Counted from the stretch's first letter, positions 42,460 to 52,929 are shown. The stretch: DNA of 64,000 bases from Alphaproteobacteria bacterium (GCA_964291675.2 OZ219865.1:992001-1056000); one strand, 5' to 3'. Translations and numbers: made by a program. The notes: a model not told the origin generated them from the sequence alone.

Positions 42460-42795
42460 ATGCCGATCTACGGCTACGATTGCGATGCGTGCGGACCGTT
42501 CACCGATATGCAGCCGATGAGCCGCGCCTCGGAGCCGATGCCCTGCCCGGACTGCGGCGAGGCGGCGCCGCGCAGCATCAGCGCGCCGTTCATCGCCAAC
42601 ATGGACCCCAACAACCGGATCGCGCATCAGCGCAACGAGAAGAGCGCGCACGAGCCCAGGGTGTCCGGCACGCCGGGCGGCCACAGCCACTCCCACGGCC
42701 ATTCCCACAGCCACAGCCACGGCGCGCGCCGCAACACCGGGCTCGGCGAGGGCCTGCGCAACGCGCACACGCGCCCCTGGTCGATCGGCCACTGA
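42460..42795 (+). CDS. fmdB: FmdB family zinc-ribbon regulator with His-rich tail
   Basis: MPIYGYDCDACG...CPDCG, NEKSAHEP, HSHSHGHSHSHSH, RPW.IGH. Confidence 0.85.
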   Translation: MPIYGYDCDACGPFTDMQPMSRASEPMPCPDCGEAAPRSISAPFIANMDPNNRIAHQRNEKSAHEPRVSGTPGGHSHSHGHSHSHSHGARRNTGLGEGLRNAHTRPWSIGH

Positions 42796-42873
42796 GACCC
42801 GGGCGGCGGCCGGCGCCGCCCGCGGGCACGCTCGCGCCGCGGCGCTATTCACAAGCGCGGACCTGACCGGGGC

Positions 42874-43272
42874 ATGACGTATTTCTGGGTCGCGATCGGC
42901 AGCGCGCTCGGCGGGGTCGGGCGCTACTGGTGCGGCGTCGCGGTGGCAGAGCGCCTGGGCGAGAGCTTTCCCTGGGGCACGGTCTTCGTCAACGTGACCG
43001 GCTCGTTCGTCATCGGCGTGGTGGCCGCGATGGGCGCGAGCCTCGACTGGCCCTGGTTCCCCGCGAGCCACGTCCGCGCCTTCGTCGTGGTCGGTCTCTG
43101 CGGCGGCTACACCACCTTCTCGGCGTTCAGCCTGCAGACCCTGACGCTGCTGCAGGACGGCGCCTGGGTGGAGGCGCTCGGCAACGTGCTGCTGTCGGTG
43201 GCGCTCTGCCTGATCGCCGTCTGGCTCGGCTATCTCGCCGGCGCCGGGCTCGGCCAGGCCCATCCGGGCTGA
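42874..43272 (+). CDS. crcB: Fluoride efflux channel CrcB/Fluc
   Basis: GSALGG..RY, FPWGT..VN..GS, G.CGGYTTFSAFS. Confidence 0.93.
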   Translation: MTYFWVAIGSALGGVGRYWCGVAVAERLGESFPWGTVFVNVTGSFVIGVVAAMGASLDWPWFPASHVRAFVVVGLCGGYTTFSAFSLQTLTLLQDGAWVEALGNVLLSVALCLIAVWLGYLAGAGLGQAHPG

Positions 43273-43400
43273 CCGGCCGCCGCGGCGACAGAGCCCGAGC
43301 GCGAAGTCTGGCCGAAGCGAGCTGTCGCCCCCTGTCGTGGGAGATGGAGATGACAGGGTGGGATTGTTGTATCGCGCCCGGCGAGCAAATCCCCTAAAGA

Positions 43401-43676
43401 ATGAAATCCATGGTCTACATCGTCGTGTGCGCCGATTCGGGGAGCGAACTGCCCACGGAGATCGCCGAGGCCGCCGCGTCGATCTACCGCCTGGGTCCCG
43501 GACCGGTCTGGTTCATCGATATCGACTGCAGCAGCAGCGAGCTCGTCGACATGATCTGGCCCGACGAGGCGGAGGCGGAGTCTCCCGCCGGCACCGGTGT
43601 CATCGTCGGTGTCGACGAGTACACGGGATACGCTCCGGACAAGTTCTGGAAGTGGATCAAGGCCCGGGTCAAGTGA
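43401..43676 (+). CDS. Hypothetical 91-aa protein (possible ferredoxin-like fold)
   Basis: Protein-like composition; ends 'YTGYAPDKFWKWIK'; GTGA overlap with next ORF. Confidence 0.7.
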   Translation: MKSMVYIVVCADSGSELPTEIAEAAASIYRLGPGPVWFIDIDCSSSELVDMIWPDEAEAESPAGTGVIVGVDEYTGYAPDKFWKWIKARVK

Positions 43677-43942
43677 CGCTCGGGGAGAAATTCGATCCCG
43701 GCGCGGAAAACCGGAAGGATTCCGGCTCCAGCACGGACCAGTGGATCATGCGGGCCATGTCCCGGCTCGACGCGAGGATTGACGACACCAACCGGAGATT
43801 CGACCGTCTCGACGATCGAACGAGACGGATCGAGAGAACGATATGGGCCGTCGGCGGGGGCGTGGCGGCGATCGCCTTCCTGCTGTTCGAGATCGTACTC
43901 CCTGTGGTCAGAGCGGCCGTCGCCCGGATGATGGGCGGCTGA
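43673..43942 (+). CDS. Hypothetical coiled-coil protein with C-terminal TM helix
   Basis: GTG start overlapping upstream TGA; heptad region '[29 protein letters not shown]' then '[22 protein letters not shown]'. Confidence 0.7.
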   Translation: MTLGEKFDPGAENRKDSGSSTDQWIMRAMSRLDARIDDTNRRFDRLDDRTRRIERTIWAVGGGVAAIAFLLFEIVLPVVRAAVARMMGG

Positions 43943-44232
43943 AGCGGCGCTACTCCCCGGCTGGCTCCACGATCCACCCCGTGTCGTGCCGGGTCTTCGT
44001 CGGCCCCGATGCCGTCGCGGGGGAGCATTCGAGGCTTGAGTGGATCGGCATCCAACCGCCGTGGCGCCTTGCGCGGCAAGGCGAAACATGTATAGTCCGC
44101 GCGCCGTCGAGCGGATCGGCCTCGCTTGTCTGCGGCGGTTTGCCGAAATCGGTAGTCCGGCCGGGGCACACAGTCGCCAGACAGCGGGGCGCATGCCGCC
44201 CGTCCCGGCATGGCAGCAAGGAGCGCCGCGAA

Positions 44233-44757
44233 GTGGCATTCTACGAGAGCGTCTTTATCGCGCGCCCGGACATCTCGACCGCGCAGGTCGAGGCGCTGAC
44301 CCAGCGCCTGACCGAGATCGTGGAGTCGGGCGGCGGGCGGGTGACCAAGAACGAGTACTGGGGTCTGAAGAACCTCGCCTACCGGATCAAGAAGAACCGC
44401 AAGGGCCATTACTCGCTGCTCAATATCGACGCCCCGAGCGAGGCGGTCGGCGAGTACGAGCGCAACATGAGGCTGAGCGAGGACGTGCTGCGCTATCTCA
44501 CCGTCCGGGTCGAGGAGCTCGACGACAACCCGTCGATCATGATGACCCGCGGCTCGCGCGACGACCGCGGGCGCGGGCGGGGCCGCGGCTTCGGCGGGCG
44601 GGACGGCGGCCGGCCGCAGAGCGCGCCGCCGGCCGCAGCGGCCGCCGCGAAGGCCGACGAGGCGAAGCCCGAGGGCGCGAAGGCCGATGAGGCGAAGCCC
44701 GAGACCGCCAAGCCCGAAGCCGCCAAGCCCGATCAGCCGAAGGAGACCACGGAATGA
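44233..44757 (+). CDS. rpsF: 30S ribosomal protein S6 with long repetitive C-terminal tail
   Basis: [33 protein letters not shown]. Confidence 0.96.
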   Translation: MAFYESVFIARPDISTAQVEALTQRLTEIVESGGGRVTKNEYWGLKNLAYRIKKNRKGHYSLLNIDAPSEAVGEYERNMRLSEDVLRYLTVRVEELDDNPSIMMTRGSRDDRGRGRGRGFGGRDGGRPQSAPPAAAAAAKADEAKPEGAKADEAKPETAKPEAAKPDQPKETTE

Positions 44758-44981
44758 GCCGGCGGCCTTTCTTCCGGCGCCAGAAGAGCTGTCCATTCTC
44801 GGGGCCGAACGCGCCGAAGATCGATTACAAGGACGTGCGGCTGCTACAGCGCTTCGTCTCCGAACGCGGCAAGATCGTGCCGAGCCGCATTACCGCGGTG
44901 TCGACCAAGAAGCAGCGCGAGCTCGCCCAGGCGATCAAGCGCGCGCGCAATATCGCGCTCCTGCCCTTCATCATCCGCTGA
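44754..44981 (+). CDS. rpsR: 30S ribosomal protein S18
   Basis: IDYKDV.LL..F.SERGKI.PSRIT, QR.LA.AIKRAR. Confidence 0.97.
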   Translation: MSRRPFFRRQKSCPFSGPNAPKIDYKDVRLLQRFVSERGKIVPSRITAVSTKKQRELAQAIKRARNIALLPFIIR

Positions 44982-45004
44982 GGGCGCTCGCCGGGCGGCG
45001 TCCG

Positions 45005-45946
45005 ATGTCCCGCCAGCTCATCCTCGCGGTCGGCGCGGGTGCGGTGGCGGCGCTGTTCTACGTCGCGGTCGGGCTGGGCTCGTTCGGCTCGCTGATCCTC
45101 GCCTATCTGGCCCAGCTTCCCCTGTTCGCCATCGCGCTCGGCGCCGGGTTCGCGCATGCCGCGCTCGCCGTCGGGGTGGGGGCGGTACTGATCGCCGCCG
45201 CCCTGCCGCTCACCGTGGCCGGGCTGTTCCTCGCCACCGTCGCCCTGCCGGTGCTGGTGCTCGGCAACCGGGCGCTGCTCAGCCGGACCGCCCCGGACGG
45301 CAGCACCGAGTGGTACCCGCCGGGCCACCTTCTCGCCGCGCTCAACGCGCTCGCGCTCGCCGCCCTGGTGGCGGCGACCTTCCTGTTCTGGGGTCGCGAG
45401 GGGGGCATGGTCGGCGCCGGCGAGGCGCTGCTGGCGGAGATGACGCGGGGGCTGGGCGCCGGCGACGCGAGCGGGCAGGCCATCGCAACCGCGCGCGAAC
45501 GGCTCGCCTGGCTGCTGCCGGCGCTGGTGCTGGTCTCCTGGCAGATCATGGTGATCGTCAACGGGCTGCTGGCCCAGGGCGTCCTGTCCCGCTTCTCGCT
45601 CAACCTCCGCCCCGGCGCGCCGTTTCACCAGCTTTGGCTGCCGCAATGGCTGTCCTTCGCGCTGGCCGCGGCGCTGGTCGGCTCGTTCCTGCCGGGACCG
45701 ATCGGCGACCTCGGCGGCAATGCCGCCATCGTGGTCGCGCTTCCCTTTGTCTTTCTCGGCCTGTCGGTTATACATGCGCTGTCGGTGCGCTGGCCCGCAC
45801 GGACGTTTATCCTGGTCTGCGTCTATTTCGGCGTGATCGTGGCAGGCTGGCCCGCGCTGATCGTCGCCGCGATCGGCGTTCTCGAGACATGGCTTTCCCT
45901 GAGACAGCGGTTTTCGGGCGGTCGCCCTCAGGACGAGGAGGAGTAG
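45005..45946 (+). CDS. DUF2232-like membrane protein
   Basis: Multi-TM with 'EWYPPG'; typical position between rpsR and rplI. Confidence 0.75.
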   Translation: MSRQLILAVGAGAVAALFYVAVGLGSFGSLILAYLAQLPLFAIALGAGFAHAALAVGVGAVLIAAALPLTVAGLFLATVALPVLVLGNRALLSRTAPDGSTEWYPPGHLLAALNALALAALVAATFLFWGREGGMVGAGEALLAEMTRGLGAGDASGQAIATARERLAWLLPALVLVSWQIMVIVNGLLAQGVLSRFSLNLRPGAPFHQLWLPQWLSFALAAALVGSFLPGPIGDLGGNAAIVVALPFVFLGLSVIHALSVRWPARTFILVCVYFGVIVAGWPALIVAAIGVLETWLSLRQRFSGGRPQDEEE

Positions 45947-45948
45947 CG

Positions 45949-46548
45949 ATGCAGGTGATCCTGTTGGAGCGTATCGAAAAGCTCGGCCTGATGGGCGACG
46001 TGGTCGACGTGAAGCCGGGCTATGCGCGGAATTTCCTGCTGCCGCAGAACAAGGCCCTGCGGGCGACCGAGGCGAACATCCAGTCCTTCGAGTCGCGGCG
46101 CGTCCAGCTCGAGGCGGACAACATCGCCAGGCGCGACGAGGCGGAGGGGGTTTCGGGCCGGATCGAGGGGCTTACCGTGGTGCTCACCCGCCAGGCCTCG
46201 GACAGCGCCCAGCTCTACGGCTCGGTGACCAAGCGGGACATCGCCGAGGCGGTCAGCGCGGCCGGCTTCACGATCGCCCGCACCCAGGTCGCGCTCGACC
46301 GCCCGATCAAGACCGTCGGCCTCCACCCGATCCGCATCCAGCTTCACCCCGAGGTCTCGGTGACGATCACCGCCAATGTCGCGCGTAGCCAGGAAGAGGC
46401 CGAGGCGCAGGCGCGCGGCGAGACCATCGGGGCCGAGCTCGACGAGGACGGGGATGACGCGTTCGACGCCGAAGTCGCCCCGGACCCGGCGGAGCCAGCC
46501 GAACCGTCGGACGAGGCGGAGGTTGCCGAACCGCCGGACGAGGGCTGA
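45949..46548 (+). CDS. rplI: 50S ribosomal protein L9
   Basis: [44 protein letters not shown]. Confidence 0.97.
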   Translation: MQVILLERIEKLGLMGDVVDVKPGYARNFLLPQNKALRATEANIQSFESRRVQLEADNIARRDEAEGVSGRIEGLTVVLTRQASDSAQLYGSVTKRDIAEAVSAAGFTIARTQVALDRPIKTVGLHPIRIQLHPEVSVTITANVARSQEEAEAQARGETIGAELDEDGDDAFDAEVAPDPAEPAEPSDEAEVAEPPDEG

Positions 46549-46580
46549 CCCTTCGGGCGCCGCATCGCCCGCTTGACGCC

Positions 46581-47351
46581 ATGAACCGACGCGACCGAAT
46601 CGCCTTCGTCGCCGGAACCACCCGGCAGGCGCAGAGCGCGCTCAAGACGCTGAGGAAACGCTACGGCTCGGTTCCGCCCGACGAGGCGGACGTCATCGTC
46701 GCGCTCGGCGGCGACGGCCACATGCTGGAGACGCTGCACCGGTTCATGGGGCGCGAGGTGCCGATCTACGGCATGAACCGGGGCACGGTGGGCTTCCTCC
46801 TCAACGCCTACTGCGATAGCGGGCTGCGCGAGAGACTCGCCGCCGCGCAGCTGGTCGAGCTGAGGCCGCTGTCGATGAAGGCGGTTTCGCTGGACGGCTC
46901 CCGGGTCGCGGCGGTCGCGATCAACGAGGTGGCGCTGCTGCGCGAGACCCGGCAGGCGGCGCGGGTACGGATCCGCATCGACGGCACGGTGCGCATGCCG
47001 GAGCTGGTCTGCGACGGCGCGATCGTCGCCACGCCGGCCGGCAGCACCGCCTACAACCTGTCTGCGCACGGGCCGATCATCCCGCTCGGCGCGGAGCTGC
47101 TCGCGCTCACCCCGATCAACGCCTTCCGCCCGCGGCGCTGGCGCGGCGCGCTGCTGCCGTCCTCGGCGAAGCTCAGGATCGACGTGATGGAGCCGAAGAA
47201 GCGACCGGTCAGCGCGGTCGCCGACTACACCGAGGTGCGCGACGTGCGCTCCGTCGTCGTCCAGGAAGACCGCGCGTCGACGCTGAACCTGCTGTTCGAT
47301 CCGGAGCACAATCTGGAAGACCGGATACTGAACGAGCAGTTCACCCCCTGA
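46581..47351 (+). CDS. nadK: NAD kinase
   Basis: [35 protein letters not shown]. Confidence 0.93.
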   Translation: MNRRDRIAFVAGTTRQAQSALKTLRKRYGSVPPDEADVIVALGGDGHMLETLHRFMGREVPIYGMNRGTVGFLLNAYCDSGLRERLAAAQLVELRPLSMKAVSLDGSRVAAVAINEVALLRETRQAARVRIRIDGTVRMPELVCDGAIVATPAGSTAYNLSAHGPIIPLGAELLALTPINAFRPRRWRGALLPSSAKLRIDVMEPKKRPVSAVADYTEVRDVRSVVVQEDRASTLNLLFDPEHNLEDRILNEQFTP

Positions 47352-47415
47352 GCCGCGCCCGGCAGCGGGCGATGGGCCCCCGCTTCGCCATGGGTGGCCG
47401 GAACTCCCCTCCCCC

Positions 47416-47467
47416 CGTCATGCCCGGCCCCCGGATCGAGTCCGGGGGTGTTCCGGCCATCCATGCG
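47416..47467. repeat. REP-like palindrome with nested hairpin
   Basis: CGTCATGCCCGG-CCCCCGGATCGAGTCCGGGGG-TGTTCCGGCCATCCATGCG. Confidence 0.8.
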
Positions 47468-47545
47468 GCGCCTCCGCGCGCATGGCCGCCGGCCTGGAGG
47501 GGCGGCGGCGCCGGCAATTGCCGGGAGGGACTTCGCGAACCTCCC

Positions 47546-48352
47546 TCAAAGATCCGAGAAATCCGGCTTTTTCTTCCTCAGAAACGCCTCGATGCCGCGC
47601 GTAAAGGCCTCGCCGAAGCGGATCTTCTCGAAGGCCTGGCCCTCGCTCCTGAGCCCGGCCGAGAGCGGCGTCTCGTAGGTCTCGTTGAGGACCTGCTTGA
47701 GGGTGGCGAGCGGGATGGAGGGGCGGGCGGCGAGGTCGGCGACCCAGCGCGCGATGGCGTCGTCGAGCCCGCCCGCCGGAACCGTCTCGGCGATGAGCCC
47801 CCAGGCCTCGGCCTCGGCGACGCCGATGCGGCGGCCGCGCATGATCATCTCCTTGGCGCGCCCCAGCCCGGCGATGCGGGCGAGGCGCTGCGTGCCGCCC
47901 GATCCCGGGATGGCGCCGAGACCGATCTCGGGGAGCGCGAACTCGGTCCCCTCGGCGGCGATGCGGAAGTCGCAGGCGAGCGCGATCTCGAAGGCGACGC
48001 CCATCGCGTAGCGCTCGATGGCGGCGATCACCGGCTTGCGGCAGCGCTCGGGCGCCGCCACCGCCCGGGCGAGGTCGGCCATGCCGTCGGCCGGCACCTG
48101 CTGGAACCCGGCGATGTCGCCGCCCGAGCTGAACACCCCGTTGGCGCCGCGGATCACGATGACCCGGACGTCGGCGTGGGCGTCGAGCTCTTCCAGGATC
48201 GCGGCGAGCTGGGCGCGCGCGGCGAAGCTGACCACGTTGAGCGGCTTCCGGTCGAAGATCAGCGTCCCCTGCCCCGCCCCGGCGTCGATCTCCCAGCGCA
48301 GCCCGTCGGGCTCGGCCAGCAGCGCCCCGCGTCGTTCCGCAAGCTCGTTCAC
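47546..48352 (-). CDS. Enoyl-CoA hydratase/isomerase family protein
   Basis: FSSGGDI, KPVIAAI...AMG..FEIALACD, PEIGLGAIPG.GGTQRL. Confidence 0.9.
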   Translation of the reverse strand: MNELAERRGALLAEPDGLRWEIDAGAGQGTLIFDRKPLNVVSFAARAQLAAILEELDAHADVRVIVIRGANGVFSSGGDIAGFQQVPADGMADLARAVAAPERCRKPVIAAIERYAMGVAFEIALACDFRIAAEGTEFALPEIGLGAIPGSGGTQRLARIAGLGRAKEMIMRGRRIGVAEAEAWGLIAETVPAGGLDDAIARWVADLAARPSIPLATLKQVLNETYETPLSAGLRSEGQAFEKIRFGEAFTRGIEAFLRKKKPDFSDL

Positions 48353-48448
48353 CCCACCCTCCGTTGCAGTCCGCGCCGCATGACGCCATATTCCGCCCGC
48401 CGCCGGCAACCGGCGGCGAGGGAGCATCGACGAGCGGGGGCAGGGGTC

Positions 48449-49225
48449 ATGGCGGCGGTATTGACCGACCGCGACGGCGGGATCGCGACGGTTACGATCA
48501 ACCGGCCGGAGAAGCGCAACGCGCTCAACGCGGCGGGCTGGGATGCGCTCTCGGACGCCTTCGAGGAATTGTCCGGCGACGACGGGCTGCGCTGCATCGT
48601 GCTTCGCGGCGCGGGGCCCGACGCCTTCGCCGCCGGGGCGGACATGTCGGGCTTCCTGGACGAGCACTCCAACGCCGAGCTCGCCCGCGGCTACATGGGC
48701 AAGACCCATCGCGCCTGCGAGGCGATCTCCCGGGGCCGCCACCCGGTGGTCGCGATGATCCACGGCTACTGCCTCGGCGGCGGGTTCGAGATCGCGACGG
48801 CCTGCGACATCCGGATCGCCGCGCGGTCGAGCCGGATGGGGGTGCCGGCGCGCCTCGTCGGGCTCTATCTCGGCTACGGGCTGCTCGACACGATGATCGC
48901 CGCGGTCGGCCGGGCGAACGCGCTGGAGATCGCGCTCGAGGGCCGCGTCTATACCGCCGAGGAAGCCTTCGCCAAGGGCATGATCAACCGGGTGGTCGAC
49001 GACGACGCCCTGGAGGAAGAGGCCTACGCCTCGGCGCGGCGCATCGCCGAGGGCGCGCCGCTCGCCGCGCGCTGGCACCGCAAGGCGGTCCACCGGCTGG
49101 CCGACCCGTCGCCGCTCAGCGAGGCGGAGATCGCCGAATCGTTCTCCTACGCCGACACCGAGGACTACCACGAGGGCTACCGGGCGTTCCTCGCCAAGGA
49201 AAAGCCCGCCTTCAAGGGGCGCTGA
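48449..49225 (+). CDS. Enoyl-CoA hydratase/isomerase family protein
   Basis: INRPEKRNA, FAAGADM, GYCLGGG.EIA.ACD, EG..AF..K.KP.F.G. Confidence 0.9.
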   Translation: MAAVLTDRDGGIATVTINRPEKRNALNAAGWDALSDAFEELSGDDGLRCIVLRGAGPDAFAAGADMSGFLDEHSNAELARGYMGKTHRACEAISRGRHPVVAMIHGYCLGGGFEIATACDIRIAARSSRMGVPARLVGLYLGYGLLDTMIAAVGRANALEIALEGRVYTAEEAFAKGMINRVVDDDALEEEAYASARRIAEGAPLAARWHRKAVHRLADPSPLSEAEIAESFSYADTEDYHEGYRAFLAKEKPAFKGR

Positions 49226-49228
49226 CGC

Positions 49229-50449
49229 ATGGCCGGGAACGAGCACAGGGCGACCGGACCGCTCGCCGGCGCCACCGTGATCGAATGCGCCCAGGTGGTG
49301 GCGGGTCCCACCTGCGGCTACATGCTGGCCGATCTCGGCGCCGACGTGATCAAGGTCGAGCGCGCGCCGATGGGCGACGACGTGCGCCGCATGACGCCGC
49401 CCTCGATCGACGGCGAATCGGCCGCCTTCATGATGCTCAACCGCAACAAGCGCGCCATCGCGCTCGACCTCAAGCAGGCAAGCGCCAAGGAAGCCTTCCT
49501 GCGCCTGGTGCGGGGGGCCGACGTGCTGGTCGAGAACTACCGCCCCGGCGCCATGGAGCGCATGGGGCTCGGCTACGACGACCTCAAGGCGGAGAACCCG
49601 GCGCTGGTCTACGCCACCATCTCGGGATTCGGGCGGACCGGCCCCTATGCCGGGCGCGGCGGCTACGACCTGGTCGCCCAGGCGATGTCGGGGCTGATGA
49701 GCATCACCGGCGAGGGGCCCGGCCGGCCGCCGGTCAAGGTGGGCTCGCCGATCGCCGATTTCGCGGCCGGGATCCTGGCCGCGCTCGGCATCGTCTCGGC
49801 CTATGCCCACCGGCTGAAGACCGGCGAGGGGCAGTATCTGGAGACCTCGCTGTTCGAGGCGGCGATCTCGGCGACCTTCCACCAGACGGCGATGTTCCTC
49901 GCCACCGGCGACCCGCCGCCGCCGCTCGGCTCGGCGCATCCGCTGGCCGCCCCCTACCAGGCCTACCAGACCGCCGACGGCTGGATCACCGTCGGCGCCG
50001 GCAACGACGCCAACTGGCCCCGCCTCGCCGCGGCGCTCGGCGCGCCCGAGCTCACCGAGGATGCGCGCTTCCTGACCAACGACGACCGGATGAACAATCT
50101 GGACGAGCTCAACGAGGCGCTGGCGCCGCTGTTCAGGGCGCAGGACACCGACGGCCTGCTCGCCGCTCTCGAAGAGCTCGGCGTGCCGGCGGGGCCGGTG
50201 CTCGACATCGGCCAGATGACCCGGGACCCGCAGACGCTGGCGCGCGACATGATCATGGAGGTCGAGCACAGCCGGCTCGGGCCGGTCCGCACGCTCGGCC
50301 CGCCGGTCAAGCTCTCGGGCACGCCCGCCAATGTCAGGCGGGGCGCGCCGGTGCTGGGCGAGCACTCGGCGGAGATTCTGGGCGAATACGGCTACGACGC
50401 GGACCGGATCGCGGCGATGGCGGCAAGCGGCGCGGCGATCCTCGCCTGA
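49229..50449 (+). CDS. CoA transferase (CaiB/BaiF, family III)
   Basis: LADLGADVIKVE, NRNKR.I.LDLK, ENYRPG, GYD..AQA.SG. Confidence 0.93.
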   Translation: MAGNEHRATGPLAGATVIECAQVVAGPTCGYMLADLGADVIKVERAPMGDDVRRMTPPSIDGESAAFMMLNRNKRAIALDLKQASAKEAFLRLVRGADVLVENYRPGAMERMGLGYDDLKAENPALVYATISGFGRTGPYAGRGGYDLVAQAMSGLMSITGEGPGRPPVKVGSPIADFAAGILAALGIVSAYAHRLKTGEGQYLETSLFEAAISATFHQTAMFLATGDPPPPLGSAHPLAAPYQAYQTADGWITVGAGNDANWPRLAAALGAPELTEDARFLTNDDRMNNLDELNEALAPLFRAQDTDGLLAALEELGVPAGPVLDIGQMTRDPQTLARDMIMEVEHSRLGPVRTLGPPVKLSGTPANVRRGAPVLGEHSAEILGEYGYDADRIAAMAASGAAILA

Positions 50450-50452
50450 AGC

Positions 50453-51556
50453 TCAGGCGGCGAAGTCGATGGAGCCGAGCCATTCCTCGCGCACCCGGGC
50501 GATGGTCGCGGCCTCGAAGAAGCCGTCGATGCGCCGGGCGATGTCGGGGACAAGCCCGGGCGCCGCGGCCGCGGCCCGCCACCAGACGCTCTCGTGCTCG
50601 CCGGCCGCGCCATTGTGGCGCGCTTCCGCCTCGACCCGCCATTTCGCGAACCAGGTCATGGAGCGCAGCCAGGTCAGGCGCCGCATCGGCATCAGCCACG
50701 GCCGCAGCGCCGCCGCGAGACCGGGCGGGACGGCGTCGAGATAGGCGGCGTAGAAACCCCGCACGTCGTCATGCGTGAGCGCCGCGGCGCAGTCGGCGTC
50801 CCACATCGTCGAGGTGTAGAGGCTGGCATGGGCGACGTCGATGGCGGGCGAGCCGAACAGCGCCTTCTCCAGGTCGACGAAGACCGCGCGCGCCCGCCCG
50901 GTCTTGCGCTCGACCAGGAAGTTGCCGGGATGCGTGTCGGTGGCGCAGAGCGCGATCGGCTGGCGCGCGCCGGCGTGGCGCGTCGCGTAGCCGCGCGCCC
51001 AGGCGAGCTCGTCGGCGATCTGCGCCCGCGCCGGCGCCGACATGGCGGCGCGGTCGAAATAGAGCGACTGGGGCTCGATGAAGCCGAGTATCCCGGCGAT
51101 CGGATCGGCGTGGACCGCGAGCGGCGGCCTCTCCCCTTCGGGCGGCAGCTTCAGGGCGTGGATGCCGGCGAGGCAGGCCGCCATGGCCGCGAGGTCGCCC
51201 GGCAGCCGGGCCGGCCCGCCGTCGATCGCCGCCACCACCAGCCCGCCCCAAAGGAGGCCGGGGCGCGGCTCGATGCGGCCCGCAAGGGCGGGCGTGCAGC
51301 CGCTCGGCGCGGCGCGGGCGAAGCACGCCGCCTGGTAGTCGAGGTTGTCGGCGGGCGAGAGCTCGAACTGGCTCGCCCGCGGCAGGCGCAGCAGCCACGG
51401 CGTGCCGGCGATGCGCACATGGTCGTGGAACAGGCCCTTGACGGACATCGGCTGGAGGTCTTCGCGCGCGGTGCCGGCGAAGCCCTCGACGAGCCGGAGC
51501 CCGGCATGGGCCGCGTCCAGATCGAGTCCCGAGACGGTCGCTCCCTTCGCTGGCAT
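50453..51556 (-). CDS. Aminoglycoside-phosphotransferase/kinase-like protein
   Basis: 'TDTHPGNFL' and 'FVDLEK' kinase-like motifs; start uncertain. Confidence 0.75.
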   Translation of the reverse strand: MPAKGATVSGLDLDAAHAGLRLVEGFAGTAREDLQPMSVKGLFHDHVRIAGTPWLLRLPRASQFELSPADNLDYQAACFARAAPSGCTPALAGRIEPRPGLLWGGLVVAAIDGGPARLPGDLAAMAACLAGIHALKLPPEGERPPLAVHADPIAGILGFIEPQSLYFDRAAMSAPARAQIADELAWARGYATRHAGARQPIALCATDTHPGNFLVERKTGRARAVFVDLEKALFGSPAIDVAHASLYTSTMWDADCAAALTHDDVRGFYAAYLDAVPPGLAAALRPWLMPMRRLTWLRSMTWFAKWRVEAEARHNGAAGEHESVWWRAAAAAPGLVPDIARRIDGFFEAATIARVREEWLGSIDFAA

Positions 51557-51699
51557 GATCCAGATCAGGTTCCGTGGGTGTGCTCTCAGCCCGGCCGCTT
51601 CGCGCCGGACACCCCAGCCGCGCCATACGGTGGACGGACGGCGGCGCCGCGTCAAGCGATCCGTTGCCGCCTCGCGGCCGAAGGTCTATCAGTCTCGCC

Positions 51700-52917
51700 A
51701 TGAGCGATTCCAACCGCGTCATCGTGGTCGGCGCCGGCCCGGTCGGCATGATCACCGGGCTCGCTTTGGCGAGCGAGGGCGTCCCGGTCACCGTGCTGGA
51801 ACGGCTGGCGGAGATTCCGGCCGACCACCGCGCCTCGACGCTGCACCCGTCCACGCTGGCCATGCTGGAGCCGCTCGGCATGACCGCGGAGGCGCTCAGG
51901 CGCGGGCTCCGCTCGCCGCATTTCCAGTTCCGCGACCGCGCCAGCGGCGAGGTCGTGGCCGAGTTCGATTACGCCCTGCTGGCCGACGAGACCCCGTTCC
52001 CCTTCGCCCTGCAGCTCGAACAGCACAAGACCATCGGGATCGCCGAGGCGCGGGCGCGCGGCTTCGACCGGTTCGAGCTCCGCCGCGAACGCGAGGTCAC
52101 CGGCATGCGCCAGACCGCGGATGGGGTCGAGGTCGAGATCGGGCTGCCCGACGGCTCGACCGAGTTGCTGGCGGGACGCTATCTGATCGGCTGCGACGGC
52201 GGGCGCAGCGCGGTGCGCAAGGCGGCCGGGATCGACTTCCCGGGCTTCACCTGGGAGGAGCGGTTCATCATCGTCTCCACGCGCTTCGATTTCGGCGCCG
52301 CCGACGGCTACCGCTACCGCAACTACATCGCCCATCCCGAGCAGTGGTGCGCGATCATCAAGGTGCCGGGGGAGCGCGACGAAGGCGTGTGGCGGGCGCT
52401 GTTCCCCGCCTTCACCGACCAGCCGGACGAGGAGGTGCTGGCCGACGAGTGGATCCAGGCGCGGTTCGCCGAATGCCTGCCCTACGACCCGCCCTATGCG
52501 ATCGAGCACCGCAACCTCTACGCGATCCACCAGCGGGTCGCGGCGTCCTTCCGGCGCGGCCGGGCGATGCTCGCCGGCGATGCCGCGCATGTGAACAACC
52601 CGGTCGGCGGCATGGGGATGAACAGCGGCATCCATGACGGGCTCAACCTTGCCGCCAAGCTCGCCGCGATCTGGCGCGGCGAGGGCGACGACGGCCTGCT
52701 CGACCTGTACGATCGCCAGCGCCGGCCGATGGCCGAGAAATACGTCCAGGCCCAGTCGATCAGGAACAAGGAGATGCTGGGCGAGCGCGACCCGGAAATC
52801 CGCAGGCGGCGCTTCGAGGAGCTGCGCCGGACCGCCGGCGACCCGGGCGCGGCGCGCGCCTATCTGCGGCAATCCTCGCTGATCGCCATGGTCGAGGAGG
52901 CCAACGCCATCACCTGA
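51700..52917 (+). CDS. FAD-dependent monooxygenase
   Basis: IVVGAGPVG, GCDGGRS.VR, LAGDAAH...P.GG.GMNSGI.D. Confidence 0.9.
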   Translation: MSDSNRVIVVGAGPVGMITGLALASEGVPVTVLERLAEIPADHRASTLHPSTLAMLEPLGMTAEALRRGLRSPHFQFRDRASGEVVAEFDYALLADETPFPFALQLEQHKTIGIAEARARGFDRFELRREREVTGMRQTADGVEVEIGLPDGSTELLAGRYLIGCDGGRSAVRKAAGIDFPGFTWEERFIIVSTRFDFGAADGYRYRNYIAHPEQWCAIIKVPGERDEGVWRALFPAFTDQPDEEVLADEWIQARFAECLPYDPPYAIEHRNLYAIHQRVAASFRRGRAMLAGDAAHVNNPVGGMGMNSGIHDGLNLAAKLAAIWRGEGDDGLLDLYDRQRRPMAEKYVQAQSIRNKEMLGERDPEIRRRRFEELRRTAGDPGAARAYLRQSSLIAMVEEANAIT

Positions 52918-52929
52918 CGGGGAGACACG

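Noticed and set aside
43335-43400. GGAGATGG... resembling the start of a fluoride riboswitch near crcB
   Set aside because: It lies downstream of crcB and lacks the complementary stem and pseudoknot segments
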